A stretch of 64,000 nucleotides of DNA, from NCBI GenBank assembly GCA_949425635.1, contig CASPWD010000010.1, positions 6,194-70,193 on the forward strand, in the 5' to 3' direction. The notes below the pieces were generated by a model. The model saw only the letters and a list, made by a program, of their open reading frames with translations, was not told the origin of the DNA and searched no databases. The position numbers and the translations under genes are program-made. This document shows, piece after piece, positions 11,101 to 19,428 of this stretch (position 1 is its first letter; each line of letters begins with the position of its first letter). The DNA comes from an uncultured Bacilli bacterium. Lineage in GTDB: Bacteria; Bacillota_I; Bacilli_A; RF39; UBA660.

Positions 11101-11499
11101 TTCGTCTATATTATAAGGTGGTAGTGGTATTTCTACTTCTTTATTTAAAGAAGAAACTTGTGAAGAAAGATAGTTCGCAACAGCCGTTCTTATTTCTTTT
11201 AGTAAAGTTATTTCAAAATTATTTTTATTACCATTATAATTAATAATTGCATTACGTAAACCAACGTTACCTACTCTAATAGCTTCTAATACGTTTTCAT
11301 TATCTATTTTATTTCCAAATTTTAAAACAATATCTATTACAAGACGTAAGTAGTTATTAACAATTTTTTCTAAGGAAGAAAGGTTTCCTGCTTTATAATC
11401 TTTGTACAGATATTCTACTTCTATGGAAGATAATATTTTAAATTCACCTATTTTAGAGTGATATTCTTTTAACTTTGTTAATTCTTCGATTTTTGTCAT
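8152..11499 (-). CDS. Giant (1115 aa) sigma-70-like protein: region-2-like head plus about 10-12 tandem region-4-like HTH units
   Basis: Residues about 45-115 (NYLRLVIDIVLKF...EAIRVGNVGLRNAIINYNGNKNNFEITLLKEIRTAVANYL) align by eye to sigma-70 region 2. After that come recurrent units of the form L(S/T)xxExxIxxLxF...(EIA/ELC/QLA)xxxxIxxxxVxxxxxRxxxKI. The gene has its own promoter and RBS GGTGA. Confidence 0.6.
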   Translation of the reverse strand: MTKIEELTKLKEYHSKIGEFKILSSIEVEYLYKDYKAGNLSSLEKIVNNYLRLVIDIVLKFGNKIDNENVLEAIRVGNVGLRNAIINYNGNKNNFEITLLKEIRTAVANYLSSQVSSLNKEVEIPLPPYNIDEETLAVLKSVMEGEQYYCLYCTLNNIKIETMAEALCLSPNEILRVQKQAFEIFKIYSDKKSPKYIIALKRLTLSHPKQNSNFNTRPLSIIDIIKYLFIKDDLTDEELLLFKYRTLKTRQYNTDELCHILKISRLKYTMINKSLITKLSRIEQDPEYLSFKEEMTLKYGEYLYRLIEEQENIINYQAVKAACDTLKLEDVEASLENQELLNPDEIALIRKYFTTPESHVRAEAIERELNLQKFGYKKKNYRISNKALYETFLKYKAWFNEEQILFLECIYFKKKDKKEFADKFPNSVLYYRYYYLIDRLEKLTFGVFNILENTFNKEKYLEVKKNYRNRLTPERIKFLDLFYGVPDKKYTIREIADMYNMDYIRCHDIISDAREYCINLYNNMTNRLDIVKSLYTPYLHPRYDFTEEARTILTMFLVEDASYDKISEATGLNKTRISNIITESIRKIDFYRFGITEAKTYTKEELDNIFEFFPKKFTKLDKEILTIRFLEYKENKEIASILGLALSDVNKVISRFYKIDIDYKIRNITINNEDIAVEIARHKSESLLSELQKNILSLYHGLQNQYNECGEKLSSADICEKLNIDINAFYRHYKGAIKLIKSRKANVQKPDLNYIQRSEMAEILKDRHLPISDKERDIICYLFELNNHPLKTLDELSIIYKENTTSLRRRYQRAILSIRKYQKGEIEGKIDYEEDLVPILKYFSDSDREVIELLFKDNLPVEQLAKKYKITIDKMRSITNRIRRNIFIILEDPNTKKFDFDYYKEAIKDERLPFYGNLNIATKIFDLFFGMESIERKSAIEIIKTLNLKTKASAINNSIYCLMLSVCKLRSGIYKDKEPSYETILSYYEAHKDSMPSTHKVYYQRYFKRMNNPRIINGIKSLMSDYIIYDLLKEFHQDECLRLESMDSNEALKILKSNEYKLCKSVREGLMAYFGITGKDIMSGKELNHFYKLMNYLIKQNIINITPQESILRKV

Positions 11500-11517
11500 A
11501 CTATCACCTGAGTATTT

Positions 11518-11546
11518 ATTATAAAGGAATATGGAATTTACGACAA
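11518..11546 (-). promoter_or_regulatory. Sigma-A-type promoter of the giant sigma-like gene
   Basis: Minus strand reads TTGTCG - 17 nt - TATAAT. The -35 abuts the obg terminator. Confidence 0.55.
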
Positions 11547-11573
11547 GAAAAAAACGAGATTATTTTCTCGTTT
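11544..11573 (-). terminator. Rho-independent terminator after obg
   Basis: Stem aaacgaga/tctcgttt, then TTTTTCTT on the minus strand. Confidence 0.65.
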
Positions 11574-11582
11574 ATATTGGTT

Positions 11583-12860
11583 TTATTCTTTGAAAGTAAA
11601 CATGAAATCAAGTATTTGAACATCGTCACCTTTTTCTGCGCCAAGGCTTTCTAGTTCATCATCAACACCCATTCCACGAAGTTTACGAGCAAATCTTCTT
11701 ACTGAATCATCTTCTTGAAATTTAGTCATTTTTAATAATTTTTCAATTTCGTCGCCTTTTATTATCCATACGCCAGCATCATCACGAGTGATAGTATATG
11801 GTTTTTCATTTTTAAATTTATAAATTACATGACTTTCATATTTAGTTTCTTCATATAATGGTTCTGCTTCTGTTTTGTCTAAGATATCCGCTAGTTTGAT
11901 AATCATTTCATCGATTCCAACTCTTTCCATTGCAGATATTTCTATTACTTCTAAATCTGGATAAGCCTCTTTAAACTTAGCTAGATTCTCTTTAGCTTCA
12001 GTCAAATCCATTTTATTGGCTATAATAAGCTCAGGTTTACGAGCTAGTTTTTCGTCATAATTTTCAATTTCTTTTCTGATAACTTTATAATCTTCAATTG
12101 GATCGCGGCCTTCAAATGAACCCATATCAATAACATGACCAACTACTTTAGTACGCATTGCATGTTTTAAAAATCTCTCACCTAGACCAGCACCTTCTGA
12201 AGCACCTTCGATTAAACCTGGTAAGTCAGCCATTACAAATACTCTCTCATCACGTAATTTTACAACTCCTAAGTTAGGACTTAATGTTGTAAAATGATAT
12301 GCTGCTATTTTAGGGTTTGCTCCACTTATTAAAGAAAGAATAGTACTTTTACCAACAGATGGAAGACCAACTAAACCAACGTCAGCTAATACTTTTAACT
12401 CACATTTTACAACTCTTTCTTCACCTGGTTCACCATATTCGCTCATTTTAGGAGCAGGATCTTCTTGAGTGGCAAAAGCTTTATTCCCTCTTCCACCACG
12501 ACCACCATGACATACAACAAAAGAATCTCCTTCGTGAACTAAATCACATATAACAAGACCAGTTTCTTCATCAATTAGAGTCGTTCCTTCTGGCACTTTT
12601 ACAATAACATCTTCCGCTTTTGCTCCATGTTTATTTGAGCCTTTGCCGTTCACACCTTTATCACCTTTAATTACTTTAGCGTATTTCAAATCTACTAGGG
12701 TTTTTAGGCCTTTTTCTACGGTAAAAATTATATCAGCACCTTTGCCTCCATTCCCACCATTTGGTCCTCCTAGTGGAATAAATTTTTCTCTTCTAAAAGA
12801 TGTACAACCATCTCCACCTTTACCAGCAACAAGTTTAATTATAACCTCATCTACGAACAT
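11583..12860 (-). CDS. obg: GTPase Obg/CgtA
   Basis: MFVDEVIIKLVAGKGGDGCTSFRREKF, G1 motif GLPSVGKST, and a C-terminal OCT/TGS-like tail. RBS GGGAGGG precedes the ATG at 12860, so the track's longer N-terminus is rejected. Confidence 0.95.
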   Translation of the reverse strand: MFVDEVIIKLVAGKGGDGCTSFRREKFIPLGGPNGGNGGKGADIIFTVEKGLKTLVDLKYAKVIKGDKGVNGKGSNKHGAKAEDVIVKVPEGTTLIDEETGLVICDLVHEGDSFVVCHGGRGGRGNKAFATQEDPAPKMSEYGEPGEERVVKCELKVLADVGLVGLPSVGKSTILSLISGANPKIAAYHFTTLSPNLGVVKLRDERVFVMADLPGLIEGASEGAGLGERFLKHAMRTKVVGHVIDMGSFEGRDPIEDYKVIRKEIENYDEKLARKPELIIANKMDLTEAKENLAKFKEAYPDLEVIEISAMERVGIDEMIIKLADILDKTEAEPLYEETKYESHVIYKFKNEKPYTITRDDAGVWIIKGDEIEKLLKMTKFQEDDSVRRFARKLRGMGVDDELESLGAEKGDDVQILDFMFTFKE

Positions 12861-13001
12861 TATAATCCCTCCCTTTTTTTCGTTCCTATTGTAACATAGA
12901 AAATAAAAAAAGTACAATTTGACAAGTTTTACTCTATGTTTTATTAGGAATGAAATATATTTAATACATATTAAAAGACCTTTTATAAGGCCTTCTAACT
13001 A

Positions 13002-13289
13002 CTAAGCTTCGTAAACACTAACTTTTTTCTTGTCTCTTCCTAGTCTTTCATATTTAACTACACCAGAAACTTTAGCGAATAAAGTATGATCTTTACCCAT
13101 TCCAACATTTACGCCTGGATAAATCTTAGTTCCTCTTTGACGGTATAAAATACTACCTGCAGAAACAGTTTGTCCATCAGCTGCTTTAGCACCTAATCTA
13201 CGACCTCTAGAATCTCTACCGTTTTGAGTAGAACCTTGAGCTTTAACGTGAGCGAATAATTGGATATTTAAACTTAAAAATTTCATCAT
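13002..13289 (-). CDS. rpmA: 50S ribosomal protein L27 with a cleavable N-terminal extension
   Basis: ...LNIQLFA|[20 protein letters not shown] matches the Firmicutes pro-L27 with its F-A cleavage motif. The start could be the second ATG, at 13286. Confidence 0.95.
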   Translation of the reverse strand: MMKFLSLNIQLFAHVKAQGSTQNGRDSRGRRLGAKAADGQTVSAGSILYRQRGTKIYPGVNVGMGKDHTLFAKVSGVVKYERLGRDKKKVSVYEA

Positions 13290-13598
13290 TTAATCCTCAT
13301 TTCTAATCTCAATATTTTTTGGATACTGACTTTCAAGCTCTTCGAGCATTCTAACTAAATTATCTAATAATTTATTATTTATATCAGTATTCTCTTCTAC
13401 TCTGATTTTTAAAAAACCAGAATTTACTTCGTAACTTATAGAATCATCTAAGGCAATGATGTTGTTTATAGTAGTAGTTATCATTGTACTGACAGCAGCA
13501 CATACAATATCTTTACCATAATCATCAAAACCAGCATGACCCTTAGTAACAATTTCATAAACTTTGTTATTACTTTTTTTAACTTTAATGTTAATCAT
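13290..13598 (-). CDS. prp: Ribosomal-processing cysteine protease Prp
   Basis: 102 aa with GHAG...DIVCAAVS. It lies between rplU and rpmA, as in Bacillus ysxB. Confidence 0.9.
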   Translation of the reverse strand: MINIKVKKSNNKVYEIVTKGHAGFDDYGKDIVCAAVSTMITTTINNIIALDDSISYEVNSGFLKIRVEENTDINNKLLDNLVRMLEELESQYPKNIEIRNED

Positions 13599-13600
13599 AA

Positions 13601-13900
13601 TTATTTAACAATTTTCTTAACAGTTAATTTAGTATATGGTTGTCTATGACCTTGTTTATTACGGAATTTTTTCTTAGGTCTGTATTTGAAAACAACAACT
13701 TTCTTTTGTTTTCCTTGTTTTTCTACAGAACAAACAACTTTTGCACCGTCAACAACTGGAGTACCAGCTACACCATCAACGTATAATACTTCAGTAAATT
13801 CAACTTCTGAACCTACTTCGTTATCTAATTTTTCAACGTAGATAGTTTCACCTTCAGAAACATAATATTGTTTTCCACCAGTAACAAATATAGCTTTCAT
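13601..13900 (-). CDS. rplU: 50S ribosomal protein L21
   Basis: [18 protein letters not shown]...[32 protein letters not shown] lies 7 nt before the ATG at 13900. Confidence 0.95.
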   Translation of the reverse strand: MKAIFVTGGKQYYVSEGETIYVEKLDNEVGSEVEFTEVLYVDGVAGTPVVDGAKVVCSVEKQGKQKKVVVFKYRPKKKFRNKQGHRQPYTKLTVKKIVK

Positions 13901-13906
13901 CTTCAT

Positions 13907-14000
13907 ACCTCCTTATATATTTTTAAGACGCGCCCTTGAGGTGACTTTTCAAAAGTACTTATAACCTTTTTAGTGCGGTTTTGAATGAAGCTTTCAAAAC
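13907..14000 (-). promoter_or_regulatory. Structured 5' leader of rplU-prp-rpmA (candidate L21 leader)
   Basis: Roughly 100-nt UTR between promoter and RBS with a hairpin GTTTTGAA-AGCTTCA-TTCAAAAC. Bacillota carry a ribosomal-protein leader at this position. No covariance model was run. Confidence 0.4.
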
Positions 14001-14007
14001 ATCTAAG

Positions 14008-14036
14008 ATTATAACAGAGAAGCTAGGTAAAGTCAA
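14008..14036 (-). promoter_or_regulatory. Sigma-A-type promoter of the rplU operon
   Basis: Minus strand reads TTGACT - 17 nt - TATAAT. Confidence 0.75.
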
Positions 14037-14073
14037 ATAATATCGTTAATTTTACCCGATATCTCCTATAAAG

Positions 14074-15288
14074 TTATTGATTATCTGAATTCTTTTTTTT
14101 CTTAAATAATAATTTAGTAGCTCCACTATTTTCTATTGGCTGTGGTTTGTCTACAAATGCACTTTCAAAACTATCTTGAATACAGGTTGAACCTAAATCA
14201 GAAGATTCTTCTAATATTAGCTCTTCCTCTGATAAACCAGTCATAGTTCTTAATTCTTCTAAAATATCATCGCTTGTCTTTTTCTGATTATTTTCATATA
14301 TAGCTTGCTCAACACTTCGTTCAATTGTAATTAAAGTGTTCATCAAACTATCATTAGATAAAAACAACTCATATGGAGATTTATCACTATTTGCTTTTTT
14401 AATTTTCAAATAATATTCAGCTAATCTATAAAGTACTCTTAAATGTTCTTTATATCCATCATATTTATTTTCGTTAATTTTATTAATACATTTTCTTATA
14501 TCATCTATAAAAGTATCTTGACGTTCTTCTAAGCATTTAATCTGTTCCCCTTGTGGTAGAGAAATTTTCTGTTCACATTCTTTTATTACATTCTCAACAA
14601 ATTGGTCAAAACGTTTATTTATTAAAGACTCAAAAATATGTTCCGTTCTATTATATGTTACTAACCAACTAACAAATCCGCAAATTACTCCTCCTATTGG
14701 GGTAATAACAAAAGAAAGAGGAACTCCTACTGCACAACAAGCTAAAGTGGAAATAGTAATAAATTGTTTTTTAGATGTTGACATAAACTTACTCTTTATA
14801 GAAGAACGTGTTATATAGTCTGTACTGCGAAGGAAATGTTTAAATTCCACTAATTCATTTGCATCATTAATTAAAATTTCTCCTTGATTATATAATACAT
14901 TCGCCCAATCTCTTGCAAATCTTTCACCAAGATTTTGCAATTCAAAATTATAGTTTTTTTCAATTTTCCTAAAATGACTCACTATTTCTTTATCAGCTAA
15001 TGCTTTTTTTGTTAAATGACAACGATGAACTTCATAATAGCCATTTTTCTCAACTTTTATAATTAGTGTTCCATCATTATAATTAATCCAAAAAATGCCA
15101 ACCCTACTTTTTTTGATTTCATTTTCGAATTCTGATAGATATGTAATTGATGAGTCTTCGGCTTCATTTGTGCTACTTTTTATTTCAATTCTTTTACCAC
15201 ATAACCATGGTGCTACATCTACTATATAATCATAATAAATCGTATCAGGTTCTTTTCCTTGTAATATTTTTGTATAATATCCTCTCAT
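14074..15288 (-). CDS. Hypothetical membrane protein (404 aa), paralogue B of a tandem pair
   Basis: Central hydrophobic hairpin ITISTLACCAVGVPLSFVITPIGGVICGFVSWLV. Shares NDGTLIIKV and YDGYKEHLRVLYRLAEYYLKIKK with the upstream gene. Confidence 0.6.
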   Translation of the reverse strand: MRGYYTKILQGKEPDTIYYDYIVDVAPWLCGKRIEIKSSTNEAEDSSITYLSEFENEIKKSRVGIFWINYNDGTLIIKVEKNGYYEVHRCHLTKKALADKEIVSHFRKIEKNYNFELQNLGERFARDWANVLYNQGEILINDANELVEFKHFLRSTDYITRSSIKSKFMSTSKKQFITISTLACCAVGVPLSFVITPIGGVICGFVSWLVTYNRTEHIFESLINKRFDQFVENVIKECEQKISLPQGEQIKCLEERQDTFIDDIRKCINKINENKYDGYKEHLRVLYRLAEYYLKIKKANSDKSPYELFLSNDSLMNTLITIERSVEQAIYENNQKKTSDDILEELRTMTGLSEEELILEESSDLGSTCIQDSFESAFVDKPQPIENSGATKLLFKKKKNSDNQ

Positions 15289-15315
15289 AGTTAAATCAAC
15301 CTTTCACAAATTAAA

Positions 15316-16515
15316 TTATATTTTTAAAACAAGTCCGCTACCAGGTAAAGTATTATTATCATTTTTATTAGTCTCTTCTATTTGTTTTTCACTTTCTTCA
15401 TCGTGTAATGCTAATTCAGATAATATTGTCTCATCTAACATATCGATGCTTTGATCATTTATACAGGCTTCGATTTCACTTTCTACTGCAGCTAAAGAAG
15501 TTAAAAACTCTTCATTCTCTCCAAATAAGATTGTAGTAGTCTCACCAATATTATTTTTTTTAGCAGTTAAATAAAGTTTTGCTAGACCGTACAAAATTTT
15601 CAAGTGCTTTTGATATCCGTCATATTGAGCCACTTCTATTTTTCTTATATAGTCTTCAATTTCAATAATGATTTCATCTTTTTCTTTAGTATCTTCTAAA
15701 CATTCTTCATCAAGTTCTTTTTCTACACTCTTTTCTAATGATTGTGAATCGATAATACTTTGGTTATCAGAGACAGCATGTTTTAGTTCTCTGTTAACTT
15801 TACTTATTGATACTAACTTAAAAACTTCATCTGTTAAAAATTCTTTAGCAATTAAGAAACCTACTTTAGTTACTATTTGCCATCCTAAGCCATATGGATA
15901 CCATCCTATCGTACACATGATAATTCCATCTAAAAGAAAGAGTGATAGAAGATTTGGTAGATATCTAGATAATTTTTTTCTTATATTGTCATAATTCTTA
16001 TATTTATTTTTAGCTAATATAGAAAGTTTGCTTTTATAGAAGTTAATAAATTCATCTAAGCTTGGTTGTTCTTTAAAAGATAATGGTGTTTTATTATAAT
16101 ATGTTGAATATAAAGTTTTGGTATGTTTTTCTTCAATAAGTAATTCATTATAGTTTGGTTGGAGAGATGGAAGTTCATTTAAGAAACTCATAAAGTCATT
16201 ATTTTCTTTAGCACTTTTGGTTAAAGTGAAGATGTCTTTATGGAATGTTTTTCCTACTCTATATTTAACAATTAGACTGGTTCCATCATAATAAGCAAAA
16301 TGCACTTTGCCATCCGTTAAAGCTGTAATAAGTTTTTGGCAGAAACTTTTAATTGATTCAACATAGGCATCTATACTATTTTGTTCTTTTTCTGGTTTTA
16401 GATAATGCTTTATAATATCATTTTTACAATCTAATAAGTATTCTCTTTCTTCTTGATAGGGATAATAATTTCCTTGTAAGAGTGTATCATTATATGTTTT
16501 GATTTTCTTTTTCAT
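15316..16515 (-). CDS. Hypothetical membrane protein (about 399 aa), paralogue A of a tandem pair
   Basis: Central hydrophobic hairpin LLSLFLLDGIIMCTIGWYPYGLGWQIVTKVGFLI. Contains YDGTSLIVKY and YDGYQKHLKILYGLAKLYLTAKK. I chose the start at MKKKIKTY (16515). Confidence 0.6.
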   Translation of the reverse strand: MKKKIKTYNDTLLQGNYYPYQEEREYLLDCKNDIIKHYLKPEKEQNSIDAYVESIKSFCQKLITALTDGKVHFAYYDGTSLIVKYRVGKTFHKDIFTLTKSAKENNDFMSFLNELPSLQPNYNELLIEEKHTKTLYSTYYNKTPLSFKEQPSLDEFINFYKSKLSILAKNKYKNYDNIRKKLSRYLPNLLSLFLLDGIIMCTIGWYPYGLGWQIVTKVGFLIAKEFLTDEVFKLVSISKVNRELKHAVSDNQSIIDSQSLEKSVEKELDEECLEDTKEKDEIIIEIEDYIRKIEVAQYDGYQKHLKILYGLAKLYLTAKKNNIGETTTILFGENEEFLTSLAAVESEIEACINDQSIDMLDETILSELALHDEESEKQIEETNKNDNNTLPGSGLVLKI

Positions 16516-16984
16516 AAATACCACCTTTATATTTAGGGACTTTCTCTAATTTATAATGATTATTTTTGTAGTAGGAATTTGGCTTTGAATATACATAATG
16601 CTCTGGCATTTCGTCATGTATCATATCTTTGAAATCCCAGTCCTCACAATTCATTATATACCCGCTTTTTAGAGCAACCTTCATTGAAGGTATATTCTTG
16701 CGATAAATTAGAAGATAAACAGTATCGTAGCTTGGATTTTCTGAACTTATCCAATCTGTTATTATACTGACAAATTGAGAACCATACCCCTTATGTTGAT
16801 ATTCTGCAAAGAGATAATACTCAATTGTTAAACGACCACATATAAAGATAGTAACGGCAAATCCTATTTCAATACCATTAACACGAACAATACAAACTTT
16901 TTCACGACTAAAAGACTGATTTCTTTCTTTTTTTATTTTAGCTAATTGTTCATCTGTTATATTTTTTATTACTTCATATTCCAT
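16490..16984 (-). CDS. GNAT-family N-acetyltransferase
   Basis: Acetyl-CoA motif QHKGYGSQFVSIITDW. RBS TAGGTGG. Its 3' end overlaps the next gene by 26 nt. Confidence 0.7.
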   Translation of the reverse strand: MEYEVIKNITDEQLAKIKKERNQSFSREKVCIVRVNGIEIGFAVTIFICGRLTIEYYLFAEYQHKGYGSQFVSIITDWISSENPSYDTVYLLIYRKNIPSMKVALKSGYIMNCEDWDFKDMIHDEMPEHYVYSKPNSYYKNNHYKLEKVPKYKGGIYEKENQNI

Positions 16985-17045
16985 AAAACCACCTAAAAAA
17001 TGTACTATTTATAATAGCACATTATTTTAATTAAGAGAATTATTT

Positions 17046-17825
17046 TTAATATCTTGTTTTCTTTATATAATCTTTCTCATTTATGTAACGATTGTTTTCT
17101 TTAAAATAGTAATATTTATCTATTCTTATTTTTTCGATGTCTGTAATATTATTTATTATTTTATTATAATAATTATTGTACATTATTCTTTCTAGGTAGA
17201 ATTTATTCATAACTAAATTAAATTCTTTTATTATTTCTAATAATTTTATAATAAGAAATATATATAAAATTATATCATTTAGTTTATAGATAAAATTATA
17301 TATTATAAAAATGATAAGACTTATTATTCCAGTTATAATCATTAAATAGTAACTTTTTTTGTAGGAAAAGAATTTACTATAAATACTAAATAGTAATTTA
17401 CTACCATCTAGGGGGATTATTGGTATTAAGTTAAAGATAATAATATTTTTATTATAGAGACTAAATATTTGATATGTAGTTGAAACAATTATATTTTTCT
17501 TGTATAAGAAAAAAAAGATTGATAAAAGGATCAGTTGGAAAATAATTCCACCAAGACTTATTAAAATATCTTTGTATATTCGTTCATGCAATTTTTTATT
17601 GACAGTGGTCATTCCACCATATGGATAAATCTTAACACTCTCAATTTCTATGTTAAAAATCGAAAAGAAAAAAACATGACCTAATTCATGAATGATGACA
17701 ATTAGAAGAATGATAAAAACATTTTTTATATAACCGGCTAATAATGCCAGAAGTATAAGAATATATGTACTTAAATCAATACTTATTTTCTTAAAAATAT
17801 TCATCATATGAGAGTTTTTTTCCAT
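17046..17825 (-). CDS. Site-2 (M50) intramembrane metalloprotease, SpoIVFB-like
   Basis: HELGHVFF (HExxH) lies within a TM segment, and NLIPIIPLDGSKL provides the LDG motif. Same genomic position as Bacillus spoIVFB. The start is uncertain (alternatives at 17807 and 17804). Confidence 0.75.
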   Translation of the reverse strand: MEKNSHMMNIFKKISIDLSTYILILLALLAGYIKNVFIILLIVIIHELGHVFFFSIFNIEIESVKIYPYGGMTTVNKKLHERIYKDILISLGGIIFQLILLSIFFFLYKKNIIVSTTYQIFSLYNKNIIIFNLIPIIPLDGSKLLFSIYSKFFSYKKSYYLMIITGIISLIIFIIYNFIYKLNDIILYIFLIIKLLEIIKEFNLVMNKFYLERIMYNNYYNKIINNITDIEKIRIDKYYYFKENNRYINEKDYIKKTRY

Positions 17826-18384
17826 CTTTTAGAATTGATAGTAATAACTTGTCATTATTGGTAGTTCCTAGAATATTACCTTTACTTACATAGTCATAAA
17901 GACTATAGTCATTATTTATGATGTTACTATACCATATATCAACACCATCATTACCTTGAACTATTATGGTATTTTTTAAATCGCCTTTATCTCCTATATA
18001 GACTATTATTCCAGATGCTAAAAAAGTGACTGGATAATCAAGACCAACTTCTATTTCGTATGAACCATTCATTTCTGTTCTTGGCATTGAACTTAAATCA
18101 TTAGATGTATTTGAAACTTTAATTGTGTTCTCTTCTTTTGGCTCGCTATTATTAAAATTACCAATATATTTTTGATATACTTTATTAATACTATTAAAGC
18201 TTATATTATGTTCTAGGAAGTTTTTCGTGTAATATTCACGAGCATTACTATTAAAGTTGGTAATTATTAATGTGCTTAGGACAATTATAGTCGATATTAA
18301 TAGCTTACTAATGGCAATACTATAGGAAGGATTTATTTTTTTATTTTCTTTGAGTTTCTTTTTATAATATTTACTCTCTTTCAT
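17791..18384 (-). CDS. Membrane-anchored degenerate LytM/M23-domain protein, SpoIVFA-like
   Basis: N-terminal TM segment. The C-terminal region GIIVYIGDKGDLKNTIIVQGNDGVDIWYSN...SKGNILGT has an M23-like fold signature, but Q and N replace the usual His ligands. Confidence 0.5.
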   Translation of the reverse strand: MKESKYYKKKLKENKKINPSYSIAISKLLISTIIVLSTLIITNFNSNAREYYTKNFLEHNISFNSINKVYQKYIGNFNNSEPKEENTIKVSNTSNDLSSMPRTEMNGSYEIEVGLDYPVTFLASGIIVYIGDKGDLKNTIIVQGNDGVDIWYSNIINNDYSLYDYVSKGNILGTTNNDKLLLSILKDGKKLSYDEYF

Positions 18385-18415
18385 ATTATCACCATTTAAT
18401 AATATGATAATTTAA

Positions 18416-18781
18416 TTAATTTAATAACACATCTGATAATTTTAAGTAAATAATTTGAAGTATCATACTAATAAAAAAACTTGTTAAATAGTTAATAGAA
18501 TGGCCGAATAGAAAATATGTTAAATTGAAATAAATTAGATATACAACAATATTCTTAAAAAATATATATTTTTTAGAAATTTTTAGTATTTTTAAAACTA
18601 TATAAATACTCAAAAAAATTAAAACATTAAAAAATGGAGCTTTGAATATTAGATCAAGTATTAAACCGATTAATATTACTCTAAGTACGTTATTCTTATC
18701 AAGCTCAGCAATAACAAAGTAAGTGTTTATAGGTAAAAAGGAAACAATTAAAAAGTCTAAGACAAATCCGATGTATATCAT
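18416..18781 (-). CDS. mreD: Rod shape-determining protein MreD
   Basis: 121-aa polytopic membrane protein that overlaps the mreC stop by 4 nt. Confidence 0.65.
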   Translation of the reverse strand: MIYIGFVLDFLIVSFLPINTYFVIAELDKNNVLRVILIGLILDLIFKAPFFNVLIFLSIYIVLKILKISKKYIFFKNIVVYLIYFNLTYFLFGHSINYLTSFFISMILQIIYLKLSDVLLN

Positions 18782-19428
18782 TTTGCACCTACTATAACAG
18801 CTACGTAATTTAAATTATGATTATCTATTAATTTTATTTTAGCTGTTTGACCTAAATTCTCGTTATCAAAGCTAATACTTTCTATCTCTCCTATATAAAT
18901 ATTTTCTGGAAGACCACTATAGTTAGAAGTATATACTTTGTCTCCTTCTTTTAAATCACTATATTTATTTAACATAGTAATTTTACCAGCACTTAAGTTA
19001 CCATATGTGTCATTTATCTTAACCGAAATGTTATAGTCACTACTTGAGAGCTTTATATAAGATTTATTACGTTCTACTTTATATACAATGCCAATTAGAC
19101 CTTCACTATTTAAGACAGCATCTCCTTCTTTTATTTGATTATCAGATCCTAAATCTATAACTATTTCATTATAGAATTCATGAATATTTCTTATTATTAC
19201 TTTCCCTATTATATAATCTTCTTTGATAGTTTTTAAATTTTCAATACTATCCAATTCATCTTGAAGTAGTTTATTTTGTACTTTAAGTGTCTCTAATTCT
19301 ACTAAGTCATAATCGTTATATTTTAAATAACTAATAATATAACCACTGCCTATTATTAGACCGACAATAGAAATAAAAATAATTAAATTAATGAGTAATT
19401 TGTTTTTACGATGCAAATAGATCACCAT
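18778..19428 (-). CDS. mreC: Rod shape-determining protein MreC
   Basis: N-terminal TM, coiled coil LKVQNKLLQDELDSIENL, then a beta-rich domain (GDAVLNSEGLIGIVYKV, GDKVYTS). Start taken at MVIYLHRKNK. Confidence 0.8.
   Translation of the reverse strand: MVIYLHRKNKLLINLIIFISIVGLIIGSGYIISYLKYNDYDLVELETLKVQNKLLQDELDSIENLKTIKEDYIIGKVIIRNIHEFYNEIVIDLGSDNQIKEGDAVLNSEGLIGIVYKVERNKSYIKLSSSDYNISVKINDTYGNLSAGKITMLNKYSDLKEGDKVYTSNYSGLPENIYIGEIESISFDNENLGQTAKIKLIDNHNLNYVAVIVGAK

Noticed and set aside
14074-16984. A GNAT toxin-antitoxin module (TacT/AtaT-like).
   Set aside because: No small RHH or HTH antitoxin gene is adjacent. The neighbours are 400-aa membrane proteins. The GNAT looks like a generic RimI/YjcF-type acetyltransferase.
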